This document shows positions 1-11,280 of a stretch of 33,785 nucleotides of DNA, piece after piece. Origin of the DNA: Ionaspis alba. Lineage: Eukaryota. The DNA is taken from assembly GCA_964255285.1 (NCBI GenBank), contig CAXUUL010000091.1:1-33785 (forward strand), read 5' to 3'. Position 1 is the first letter of the stretch, and each line of letters opens with the position of its first letter. Made by a program: the position numbers and the translations under genes. Under the pieces are notes generated by a model. It saw nothing but the letters and a program-made list of their open reading frames with translations. It had not been told where the DNA came from and ran no database searches.

Positions 1-798
1 TCCGACGGCGGATAGAAGGATAGAAGGGCAAACATTACCATGACGCCGTCATCTTCTCGTTGTGGTTAGTTGGCCCCTCTTGTGCCTGAGCGGAATAGGG
101 AGGGAAACAACGAGAATGCGGGGCAGGCACCCCCTGTCTCCTCCCGAGGTCCCCTGTCAGCTTTCCCCCCGTCGTCGCTGTCGCTTGCCGGCAAGTCGCA
201 ACAGTCCCGGGAATTTCTCTGGTCTAGCGAGAAGTTTCCTTGTCTGCGCATGACAACATGAAAAGAAAATGGCCCAAGAAAGCCCGATCCACTTGCAAAG
301 TCGAACTAATGCCTCAACCTCCGGTTTTGACTTCCTGTATAGCTTCACTCTTACGGCCTCGCTCTTGGCATCTGATGAATCTCATTCCCTGGGATCAAAT
401 GCTATTGCTACTGCGACCCGCTTATTCAATCGACTGTACGAAGTTGCCAATGGATGTGCCTGGTCCCTAAAAACCTCGGGGAAACAAAGAAGAATTAGAA
501 GCAAACTTGAATCATTCCCAAGCTTCCAGCTCCGAAAAAGGAACCACCGGAAAACGGGAGACCAGATGCGTCTGCTGCAGGTTTGATCTACGAGTCGTAC
601 GTAGATAGACATCTGCACGAGAGCTGCATTAGCATTCCGCCACACCTTTCGCGGTAGCTTCCAGAGAAGAAAGACAGAGACCTGCGACTTCCAGCTGGCC
701 ATATACTTTTAATTCATTTTAATATCTCTTGGTCTTTCCCAACACATTTTGGCTCAGACCCATTGATCACGCGATCGTTTCATACATCCAGGAACACT

Positions 799-2384
799 AT
801 GACGCTGTTCCGTACCAAGACTAATGGCCAAGGCGTTCAGGTCGAAGACACGCGCATCGCGGTGGTTATGGTTGGCTTGCCAGCTCGTGGTAAGAGTCTG
901 ATTGCTCAAAAAGGTCGGTCTACCTCATCCGCTGTATAATAGACGAAGCTAACCATGGTACGCCGCCAGTCGTTCGTTATCTGCGCTGGCTCTCCATCCC
1001 CGCCAAAACGTTCAACGTTGGTTCCTACCGTCGAGCGGATACCCCACAGCCCACCGCGGATTTCTTCGACACAGGTAATACGGAAGGAGAGCGCTTGCGT
1101 CATGCAGCGGCAGAAGCCGCCGTCTCGGACATGGTCAAGTGGTTCGAGAAGGGAGAGGGAATTGTGGCCATACTAGATGCTACCAACTCAACCAAGGCAA
1201 GACGGCGTTGGGTCTACGAACGGTGCGAGGCAGAGAACATCCAAACACTCTACGTGGAGTCCAAGTGCGACGACGAACCTCTGATCATGAGTAACATCCT
1301 CGAAGTCAAAACCACATCCCCGGACTACAAAGGTCAAGATCCCGAAGTGGCCGCTCAGGATTTCCGAAATCGGATCAGAAATTACGAGAAAGTTTACCAG
1401 ACGATAGGTGACGACGAGAAGGATCTTACCTACGTCAAGCTCATTGACGTCGGCAAGCATGTCATCATCAATCAAATCAAAGACTACCTCCAAAGCCGCG
1501 TGGTCTACTACCTCATGAACCTCCACATCAAACCCCGATCCATCTGGCTCTCACGGGTACGCAAACAACCTTCCCGGCCACTCAAATCTCCCATCACATA
1601 CTGACTGACTTATTCATCCCAGCACGGCGAATCCGAATACAACCTGCACGGCAAAATCGGCGGCGACGCACCCATCTCTTCCCGCGGCGAACTCTACGCC
1701 CAAGCCCTCCCCTCCCTCGTCCGCAAATCCTCTCCGCCCAACCAACCCCTCACAATCTGGACCTCGACCCTGCAACGCACCATCCAAACCGCCCGCCACC
1801 TCGCTGCCACCCCCATCGCCCCCGCCAAACTCGAATGGAAAGCCCTCGACGAGCTCGACTCTGGCGTCTGCGACGGCCTCACCTATGCCGAAATCGAAGC
1901 CCTGTATCCTGAGGATTTCCGCGCCCGCGATGACGACAAGTATAATTATCGCTATCGGGGTGGGGAGAGTTATCGTGATGTGGTGATTAGGCTCGAGCCG
2001 ATTATTATGGAGTTGGAGCGCAGTGAGAATGTTATCATTGTTACCCATCAGGCTGTGTTGAGGTGCATTTATGCGTATTACATGAATGTGCCACAGGAAA
2101 AAAGTCCGTGGATGGAGGTTCCGCTGCATACGCTTATTAAGTTGACGCCGAAGGCGTATAGTACCCAGGAAGAGAGGTGGGCGGCGGATGTTCCGGCGGT
2201 TAGTACGTTTCGGGAGAAGGGGAGTGGNNNNNNNNNNNNNNNNNNNNNNNNNNNNNNNNNNNNNNNNNNNNNNNNNNNNNNNNNNNNNNNNNNNNNNNNN
2301 NNNNNNNNNNNNNNNNNNNNNNNNNNNGATGTTCCGGCGGTTAGTACGTTTCGGGAGAAGGGGAGTGGGGCTAGGCATCAATAA
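799..2384 (+). CDS. fbp26: 6-phosphofructo-2-kinase/fructose-2,6-bisphosphatase (Fbp26-type), 3 exons, ~440 aa after collapsing the gap duplication
   Basis: Exons 799-913, 970-1556, 1623-2384 with GT-AG introns (914-969 has GCTAAC; 1557-1622 has CTGAC). P-loop MVGLPARGKS, FNVGSYRR and DATN in the kinase domain. The histidine phosphatase motif RHGES is formed across intron 2, followed by GGESY and VTHQAV. Exon 3 contains an N gap with a duplicated 41-bp flank. Confidence 0.95.
2187..2368. other. Scaffold gap (100 N, 2228-2327) with an identical 41-bp sequence on both sides; assembly overlap
   Basis: 2187-2227 = 2328-2368 (gatgttccggcgg...gggagtgg). Removing 141 nt keeps the fbp26 frame and gives a single DVPAVSTFREKGSG. 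Confidence 0.9.
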
Positions 2385-3831
2385 GGGAAAAGTGACAAGA
2401 GGTTATGTGGATCTGTGAATGGGGTCGGAGTATGGGGACATTTGGTCCTTTGGAGTGCAGGAATGGGAATTTGGAGGATGGATTGCTGGAGATTGAGTGC
2501 TGGAGACAAGTCGAGTGAGGAATACAGAAGCACAGCAGATTCTCAGGCTTAACGTCCGAGCAGAGTGATGCTAGACTGCCCACTCGCAGCTACAGTCTCC
2601 CTACTCTTTTGTCAGGCAGAGCTTGACATGCTTTGGGTCATGTCTATTGTGCAGAATAGATAGAGGAATTCTTTTCACGATTCCATGCTTTGCACACATG
2701 TGATAGACATCTTTGCATCCGACCATATGGTTCCATCGCACGTGTGTGGAAGCATAGGCTACATAATCGAGCACTACAGTACCACATCAGAGTCTTGATA
2801 CTCTAGTATAGTACTGCTACAAACAGCGTTCTTGTTCTTCCAGTCGGCTGGGAATAGTTTTACGCTTATTCGAAGCATTTCAATATGTCACTTCGTGGAT
2901 GTGTTATAAACTGTGTTGGCTTTCATGTCGCAGCGCCAGATAGTCGTTTGTTCTCAATGTATTAGAAGGACATTATTGGGTGAGGTTGCGCTTATTGTGT
3001 ATTGTTGTGAATCAAGAAACTCGCATCCGAGTCATTTGAGCTTATACCTTTCAGTCTCCTGATGTAAGGCAGGGAGCATTGCCATTCATTCTTGTACTAG
3101 TACAGTTGTCGTCGACCGAAGACTCGAGGAAATATCTGCGAGGAGAGGCAGCAACTGCTTCGCATTCGCTGGGCGGAGAGAGCCTTTGTTGTTTGACTCG
3201 TTTGCACTGGATTCATTCTCTCAGCCGCACAAAAGCTTCACGACACAAATGATGGATATGCATGATGATTTCTCATCGAGTACATGCTTGAGCTAAGCTT
3301 CAGGCATGACCATACTTTGAGTGGCTAAGCAAGTGTTTGTGGTAATTATCCTAGAGTTGAAAATGAGTGTTTCTTTGAATGTCGTGCTTGTCCTGTTCAT
3401 TGTTGCCTGTCATCAGCCACAACTTTCGGTATTTCGCGGACCTCGTGAGGATCTGCGTAAAGGTGCTTTGAGTCTGTGGACTTCGATTGCTTTGCTTTAG
3501 CTGACAAGGCAATCGACCACCACCGACACAAACCGCGGCTGAATCAATGGTGGCTGAACGCCTCCTGAGTGCGCCGCAGCCTTGCGCTGCTATGGGTACT
3601 ATTCTGGAAGCTAACATCTTATCTCATTGGTTTCTGCATACATTAGTCGACTCTTCCTTTTTTTCTCACCCCCCCTGCATTTGATCTTTGGGTGCCCTCC
3701 AAGATCTCCTTTTGCAAGACCGCGCAGACGAGGCTGACAGCTGGAGCTGCACATACTCGACACCATGAGCTTCTTAAAGCCAAGCATTTCCTGGGCATTC
3801 TTCCCTTTGCTTTTCCATATGTAAACCCAAA

Positions 3832-6243
3832 ATGCCTCATCAGACTGTTCGCCTGCGAAACCTACCCGCCAAAACCGTGATTGCAGATGTCCACAACTTC
3901 TTGATCGACAAGAACATTATCACCACTCATGCACAAGCGAGCGTCGGGCCAATCTGTGATCAGGCTGAATCGGCTCTGAAGCAAACAACTGTGTCTCTAT
4001 TGGTTCATCCGGATTATTACAGCCAGGTGCTTGCTTTGCCAGAGGCAAGACGTAACTTTACGTGCCAAGATGGCTTTGGAGCTGATCCAGCAAGAAGCTC
4101 TGTCATCGACATTGATAACCACTTCTTCGACCTGACGACCATTCATTCGTCAAATAATCCTGCTACAGGCAAGCCAGATATCGAGTAAGTTCCTTGTAGA
4201 TCTTACCCATGCAGACCTTCTTCAGAGCTGTTGCTTGTCTATACATCCAATCAGCATTGTACATCTTTGGATCTTATCTGCTGTCGCTTGAAGATCACTC
4301 CACTAACCAGAGAACCAGCATTCTAGTCACCCATGGTCTTGCCGGTCATGCGTGGAACAGCTTCACCACTTGGATCGCATGGCGGATAGGCCAGTACAAG
4401 GAAGTCAACTGGCTACGCGATATACTCCCGAACCTGCTATCTGGCTATGCCCGTCCAGATGGGCAGCAAGGGATCTACGCAAGGATCATGACCTTCGGCT
4501 ACAACTCCAACATCTGGGTCAATGCTAGTCCTATCGCTAATTTCGATGATGCCGTCAATAACTTGATCGCTGGTTTGAATCGAGAGCGCCGTGTTGTAAG
4601 AAAGGTCCACCTGTCTAGCAGAACACAATCAGTAACAGCTGTATAGGATCCTGCCCGCCCGTTATTCTTTATCGCGCATAGCCTTGGGGGTATTGTTGCT
4701 AAGCAGGTCAGTATTGTCGGCTTGCTTCCTTTGACCACTTGATTGATCTCGGCATCAGACTATCATCTCAATGGTGAGCGAAACGATCGGTCAGAACCCT
4801 GCCCATTTTCGAAATCCTATCACAGGTTGCTTGTTCTTTGGTGTGCCTCACAAAGGTTCTGGCACTGCAGGGAAATTCTCACCGGTCCTTGAGGCGCTCG
4901 GAATCTTTTTTGATGTAGGAAGCAAGAATGTCAAGGCGTTAAAGAAAAATTCGGAGAGGCTCTCCGATATCGCTACGCAGTTCAGGTACATTAGACAAGA
5001 CTGCAACATTACTGTTGTTAGTTGTTATGAACTCAATCGGGACTTGAAGCAGATAGTGGGTCAGCTGTGGTTCCTTGCATCCCTATAGAATACTTACCGC
5101 TGTCGAAGGTTGTCCCCGAAGACTCTGCAGTCCTCCGCTATGATCGCAATTGTCCAGTCCCGATCGGCATCTACAAAAGCCATAGGGAAATGGTAAAGTT
5201 CGCCCAAAGCAGCGATCAAGGTTTGATCAACGCCGTCGATGTTATAGCCCATACCGCCAGGCGCGCACTAGCCTCCCTAAATCCAGACGTCTCTTCTCCG
5301 ATTGGTCCGGGGCCTGATCCAGTACTTCCTCGTCTCGCTCCCGGAGAAGAAGACCCATTTGCAAACCTTGGTCGATTCGATACAGTGTTTCTCGTCGATG
5401 ATTCTCTTTCCATGGCTGGTCCGGGATGGACTCTAGCCCGGAAGATCCTAGAACGCTCAACCGGAATTGCCATGCAGTATGACGACAATGGCATTGATAT
5501 CTACTTCCTCAATTCCAAGCACAACCAAACCCAAGTCACTTCCGACGCTTTAGTACGTCAGACCCTTGAACGCGTTACGCCTCAAGGTGGTACGCCACTA
5601 GGCCATAAGCTTCAAAGGCATCTGCAAGGCTACATTGACAAATTCATGGAGCAAGGTGGACGCCACAACCAAAACACAAAAGAACTCAACCTAATTGTGA
5701 TTGCGGATGGAAAGCCAGATGAAAAGTATGCCAATATTAAAAGAACGGTCGTCCGCGCTGCGAAGGACCTTGATGAGGAAAGGGCTTCGGATACTCAGAT
5801 TGCCATTCAGTTCTGCCTTATCGGCGATGATCAAAAAGCCGCGGAATTTTACAAGACTCTTGACGATGATATCGAGGCAGAACAGAATTTGCAACGAGAT
5901 GTAAGCTCTTCTATCTACCAGAACCTCGCTCTCGTAGTTCGACAATCCCCAAGTTCACAGTCTCAATTTGCATTGATGCATTCGCAACCTGCATGCGAGC
6001 TCTCCCCAACTCTTTCGTTGATTTCCATGCTGCTACATCAGCTAATCACTTGTCCTTTAGATCGTTGACTGGATTCAATGCCTCAACGAGCTCGACCTCG
6101 ACAACGACTTCTACATCAAACTCCTCACAGGTGCATGGAACAAGAACGAAGATGAAAGACCCTCTACTCATGACCAGGAAACCAGAGCAGGTGGTCGTTC
6201 ACAGTCGGATCCGACTGTGAACCCTAGGAATGGTACTTGGTAA
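3832..6243 (+). CDS. Uncharacterised 653-aa protein: RRM-like N-terminal module + SesB-like (DUF676/PGAP1-like) alpha/beta hydrolase + C-terminal von Willebrand factor A domain; 6 exons
   Basis: Exons 3832-4184, 4319-4595, 4647-4706, 4759-5055, 5109-5900, 6061-6243 (1962 nt, in frame; donors GTAAGT, GTAAGA, GTCAGT, GTGGGT, GTAAGC). Hydrolase motifs: DILVTHGLAGH, NWLRDILP, ARIMTFGYNS, RPLFFIAHSLGGIV (nucleophile elbow), CLFFGVPHKGS, IVVPEDSA, SHREMVKF. vWA motifs: DTVFLVDDSLSM (DxSxS), GIDIYFLN, GGTPLG, LIVIADG, IQFCLIGDD, RDIVDW. Confidence 0.85.
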
Positions 6244-6758
6244 GGAGGATAGGGAAGGGAGTTTTAGGCGTGGAGATCTCGTATGAAGAGACTTATGACT
6301 GTTAGCACTGGGTTTGGGAGTTGTAGAGGAAGTTCTTGTCTGATATCGTCCTCATCCTCAATATAGGCGGATATCTATACTTGTACTCCCTTTTTCGTTG
6401 GTTGTTCTGCGGAAAAGGTCATCTGATGAATAATTGGGTGGGAGTAAAATGAGTCATGTTCTGGGTGCAACTCTCTATTGATGATCATACGAGCCGTGTT
6501 CGTGGTTGGCATTTGGCTATTTGTCGGCATTGTTGTGCTAACCAATCTGGCTCCCATTGTCTACACCCGATCGTTCATAGTTCCGTCTTGTTATCTGTGA
6601 TCACAAACGGGGAAGCTCGGTCGGGAGCTTGCTATTTTGATAGTACTGTATGAAACCAAATCTATCTGGTGCACCTCGTGTCTTCCGGCCTACATTGTAT
6701 GCTCAGCTCTACATGACGACCACGCAAGCAGGTCATACGGGGAAGAATTGTTAACATC

Positions 6759-6968
6759 ATGTGATATTGATAGCAATCAACACCATCCAACACCAGCTAC
6801 ACTTTTGAGCGCANNNNNNNNNNNNNNNNNNNNNNNNNNNNNNNNNNNNNNNNNNNNNNNNNNNNNNNNNNNNNNNNNNNNNNNNNNNNNNNNNNNNNNN
6901 NNNNNNNNNNNNNATGTGATATTGATAGCAATCAACACCATCCAACACCAGCTACACTTTTGAGCGCA
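6759..6968. other. Scaffold gap (100 N, 6814-6913) with a 55-bp duplicated flank; assembly overlap
   Basis: 6759-6813 is identical to 6914-6968. Confidence 0.9.
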
Positions 6969-7121
6969 CCCAACTCATCCAACAGATCCCACTCCACCGA
7001 CCAGCTTCGTCAAACCATAGAGCCCCCATCCCAAGCACGTATCAGCAAAGCAGCTTCCACCAACCCTCCCTCCGTCCGACCACCATCCTTTCATTCCCCT
7101 AGCCCCAATCCAGTAGACCCC

Positions 7122-10100
7122 TCACTCCTTCAAAGGCGGCAACTCCCCATCCCACCTAACCTTCATCGTCGTCGGGAACGGGAAAAACGAACTCCCGTCC
7201 GCCGTCATATAAAGCGTATACTCGCCTGGAAAAACCGTCACCTTCTTGATCTCCCCCTGCGGTCCCGGCGCCCTGCGCAAATTCTCCAGCTTGCACACCG
7301 TCTTCAGCATAGTTGTCATGGCCAATTTGCTCATGTCGTAGCCGAGACATTGGTGTGGGCCGAGTCCGTAGTGGATGTAGGACTCGAGGTCTCGCTTCAG
7401 GTCGATGGTGTCGGGCTCGGGGAAGACCGACTTATCGCGAGAGGCGGTCACGAGATCGACCATGACGCGGTCGCCGGGTTTGAGGTCGAGGGTTTTAGAA
7501 CCGTCGGTGACGGTCGTGGCGGTTGCCACGTCCCGATAGAGACCGACGGAGGAGCGGAGGCGGGAGCCTTCGAGGAAGCTGGAAAGTGGATGTTAGAATC
7601 AAGTAATTGTTCGAGAGAATGATGGAACTTACTATCGCAGGATCAAGTCATCGGCTTCTTGCGTATCGAGCTTAGCCAATCGGTTGATCTCCTTGAGATG
7701 CGGCTTTCCTTCATCAGACAAATAGTAGTCCAAAGTCTGCGCAAAGATTTGCCCCTGGTTCGCCACCATGCCGCCAGCTGTCGGCAGGATCTGCGACCAT
7801 ACAATATCTCTGACGCCGAGACCGCTTTTCAGGAGCTGCGTGATCATGTGCGTACCATAGCTGGACAATGGTGTATGTCTGTGGAAGCGCTCGATTGCTT
7901 CGGCGATGAATCCTGATCTGCTGACAGGCTCGATTTTAGCCATCATCAGTTCGCCCAATTGTTGAGTGACCATGCGAGCGCCTTGGCGGAGCTGGAAGCT
8001 CTTGGTCACATCGGCGTCGTAGAAGATGCAGGTGAATACTAATGCCATGACCAAGTATAGTTCCTGCTCCGTGTAAATTCCGTAAGGATGGTCCTTTGTC
8101 TTGAGTGGCAGTGAAAAGACTTCAGCCGCGAAGTGTGCTTGAGCGAGATTGCCCACATCGCGGACGATGTCGACCTGGTTGACTCCACCCAGCTTATTCG
8201 AATGCTCGTGGAGGAGTTGGAGAGTGATCTTTTCGTAGAAGGTCTTAATCTCGTTATGCCACTTCTCACGGTACAGGGCTCCGACCATCCGGTCACGCGA
8301 CTCGTTATGCACAACGTCGTCTCCGGAAAGGGCGAAGTCTGCGCCATAGAGCTTGCCGGAATTGTACATGATGTGGGTGATGGACTCGCCCCATATCACC
8401 TTGAAGTCTTTCTTGTTCGTCAGGATATCCTTGCCGGTTTTGTAAGATGTAATCGGAATCAAGTCCTTGGTGCGTTTAGGCGGGTCGAAGTCATAGTGGT
8501 GATCGTAGTTTAGATGCTCGAGTATGTCCTTGTTCTCTGGTGGAATGACCAGTGGAAAGTGGGCATAAACCGAGTTCTGTTTGAAGTGCTTGGGAAATGC
8601 TTGGAGGATGAGTTTGTAGAAGACATGACCTTGGTCGACGGATAGATCAAAGCTTGCCTCTTTGAAGCCCCAGCTTGTCAAGTTCTTCGGAGTATAGTCA
8701 GTAGTATAGTATCGGTCTCCACGTACCAGTGCTACGGCGTCAGAGAGTACTGCACGAGATACGGTATAGGAAGGACAGAGGCCACTGCCAGGTGTCATTG
8801 GTTTCTTGCCTTCCTCAACTACCAGACCAGGATACAGTTCGACAAGATCAGGAGTATCGTATAGATGTCTCAATTGATCAGCAACCTGTTTGTTCGAGTT
8901 GATCTCCTCGAATGTTTCGTGTTTCTTCAAGCCAAAGAATGCTCGGAATTCATTCAAGGTGGCGAGATTCCACGATCGAGCCTGAATGATGCCGAGTATC
9001 TCAACGGATCGAAGCACCTGCGGCACTCTGTTGGCGCCAAATGAACCCGCGACATCCTCGATGCTCTCTGTGAGAATCTTGACCATCGCATCGTCGTCCA
9101 GTTCCCCATTCTCACCACGCTTTATGTTGGCGAAATAACGTTGTTGTGGATCGACAGGGACGCTGCTCTCCCACTCCTTTAGGCCTTGGAGCAGTTCGTC
9201 CTTAGACATCTGGGCAGGATCTTTCTTGAAAAGCCTTCGATACTCGTCCTGAGTCCACTGATCATCGCGTTCGGAAATCGCTGCATGCCACCGGTAGACC
9301 AGGTTGAATTCAGCAGAAACCTGGTTACCAATACCTGACGCAGCATTTCCACCAAAGGAGGCCTTATTCTCTTCGACACGAGGGTCCAGGTCCCAAACGC
9401 TCTTCGTTCTATTGATGTTGAGGATGGTTCGAACATAGTCCTTGAGAATGCAGTTGACATATAAGCCACACGTGATAAGGCGACCAGTCTGGAAGAGATC
9501 GTTGTCGTATTTCTTGAGCTTCTCTGGAGCGCCATCTTGAGGCTTTGTGAATCTTCCGTTCTCATTGATGAGGGCAAGCTTCTCGACGACGTGATTGTGA
9601 AAGCGATTGAACATGATGAGCATCACTCCGACTCCAGGAGGAAATCCAAGGAGGCGCTTTTCGGAGAAACAGTCCGCCTTGATCTTACCATCTTCGAAAG
9701 TGCGCATATGGTCTTGCTCTTCTTGGTTACTCCCATAAAGAGGAGCAAGATCGAGGTAGGACGAAGTCAGCGAAATGTTGAAATTCTTGTGATCCGTGCG
9801 GAAGAGATCTAGAAGATGTCAGAGTCAAAGTCCGGGCCCCCAAAGCATTTCTCAGAACCTACCGTGGATAATTATCGAAGCAAGGTAGAAAAGCATGCTC
9901 GAGATCTTATTCGGGTGAGGCACAAACTCTTTACGAGCCATAACGCTGTCGAACAAGGTCCCCGGATCGGGTAGAGCAGCACGCTGGGTCGTCTGCGGTC
10001 GGACACTGCGAGCATAAGGCGTCCCTGCAGCTCCAAGCTGGGGAAACAAGATATTCTAGAACAGATTAGTCTCCGTAGTAGAGGGATTTCGACTCGCTCC

Positions 10101-10755
10101 GTACGTTCTTCGATCCATCCGCTTCCCGATACTTAGCCTGGTCACCAAGGTATCTGGAGCTCCTCAGCATACGGGACTTGCAAGATTTCAATGTTTGTAA
10201 ACTCACGTGGCGGGCGGATGCTGTAGGTCATTCCATAGACCATTGATCAAGCCATTAGTGAGACTGAGGCCTTTCTTCGAGGTTTCAGGAAGCTCGCATG
10301 CCACCTAGACAATGATCGGAATTAGCGTAATCCTTCAAGCTTTGAGGCGACGCTATTACCTGTATCACTCGTTCCATCAGGTAGTCTCTGTCATCAGTAC
10401 CTTCATTGCGGATTTTTGTCTTGACGACGTCAATCAAGGTGTCTACATCCTCGATTTTCAAAGCCTTGAGATCTTTGAGGAGACCAGTGGAGATGGGAGG
10501 AGTAAGATAAGTCCCATCACCGGTCTCAGTAGGCAGAGGTCTCTTGGCATGGGCAAGCAGTCCAGCAAGGGAGTTGAATGTTTGTTCGATTGCCTCTCGA
10601 GGTGATTCGTACTCGATTGGCGCATCTGGTAGATTAGCCATGATGAATTTCCAGATAGCCGAGCCGATGCTGAGCGCCGGTCGCTTCTGAGCTGGGGCCG
10701 AGGGACCTTCGCGAGGCCTAACGACGCCATTAGTATAGCTGTAATTGTGTGCCAT
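7122..10755 (-). CDS. ppoA: Linoleate 8R-dioxygenase / P450 hydroperoxide isomerase fusion (linoleate diol synthase, psi-producing oxygenase A-like), 6 exons, ~1122 aa
   Basis: Exons 10755-10360, 10304-10207, 10153-10105, 10055-9863, 9808-7633, 7578-7122 (3369 nt). Peroxidase domain: IIHDLFRTD (distal His, across an intron) and FNLVYRWH (catalytic Tyr, proximal His). The YVRTIL hexamer is typical of 8R-dioxygenases. P450 domain: ANQGQ, EGSR (ExxR) and YGLGPHQCLG with the heme Cys present. The start could instead be the upstream in-frame ATG at 10788. Confidence 0.93.
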
Positions 10756-11228
10756 GGTTTGTGATTGACGAGAAGTCCAGCGTCTCATAACGTAAGAATA
10801 AGAGGACAATGATAAAGGTCAAGGATGCCTAACAACGGGACAAGGTAGTTTTGAGTAACATGTAGAAGCGAAGGACTTGTAGCTGGTAGTACAAGCTGGA
10901 CAGTCACGAGGAGTCTCCATAATCCGTTTTAGGCAATCTCGAATGACTCTTACCTTGAAACAGCACAGCAACAAGGCTCTTAGCGACACACAGGCAAGGC
11001 AGTCACAGAACAGCGATGACTTGAGACGGCGTAACCCAAAAATGTCACAGTAGGTAAATCAAGATAGATGGATGGATGCTGCTACCCGCACAACAACAAA
11101 GGAAGATTCGCGAAGCTATTCGGATGAAAGAAGAATAAGTAGAACTAGATACACGACACCGGGTTCACACTAGCCCTATGAGTTAAAGATCTTTTGAACA
11201 ATGAGCAGAAGCAATTGCAACTCTGTCG

Positions 11229-11280
11229 GAAAAAGGAAAAGAAAACAAAAGAGAAACAAGACTCGACCTTCACTATATAC
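11229..11280 (-). promoter_or_regulatory. Putative ppoA core promoter: TATA-like box followed by a pyrimidine-rich tract
   Basis: On the minus strand, GTATATAG (11273-11280) is followed by a CT-rich tract (plus strand 11229-11260, nearly all A/G). This is a typical filamentous-fungal core promoter layout, about 500 bp upstream of the ATG. Confidence 0.4.

Noticed and set aside
2187..2368. Apparent tandem duplication of DVPAVSTFREKGS at the Fbp26 C-terminus
   Set aside because: The two exact copies directly flank a 100-N gap, so this is an unmerged contig overlap rather than biology.
1614..2381. 255-aa minus-strand ORF
   Set aside because: It is antisense to fbp26 exon 3, spans the N gap and results from codon bias.
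3093..3104. 12-bp perfect palindrome tgtactagtaca
   Set aside because: It is isolated, and several palindromes of this size are expected by chance in 34 kb.
6150..6243. Possible amyloid signalling motif (sigma/PP/HRAM) in the tail of the SesB-like gene
   Set aside because: The tail (ERPSTHDQETRAGGRSQSDPTVNPRNGTW) lacks the N/G/Q-patterned pseudo-repeats, and no NLR partner gene is present in the window.
6449..6457. Perfect ATGAGTCAT Gcn4/AP-1 site
   Set aside because: It lies between two convergent 3' ends with no gene start nearby, so it is probably chance.
6759..6968. 55-bp direct repeat that could be read as an LTR, TSD or CRISPR-like unit
   Set aside because: It is an exact duplication abutting an N gap, with the same 55-bp length as the one at 12434-12643, consistent with assembler k-mer overlap. 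A collapsed repeat inside the gap cannot be excluded.
6960..7622. 220-aa plus-strand ORF overlapping the ppoA 3' end
   Set aside because: It is an antisense shadow of a GC-skewed coding exon, with a non-ATG start and no recognisable motifs.
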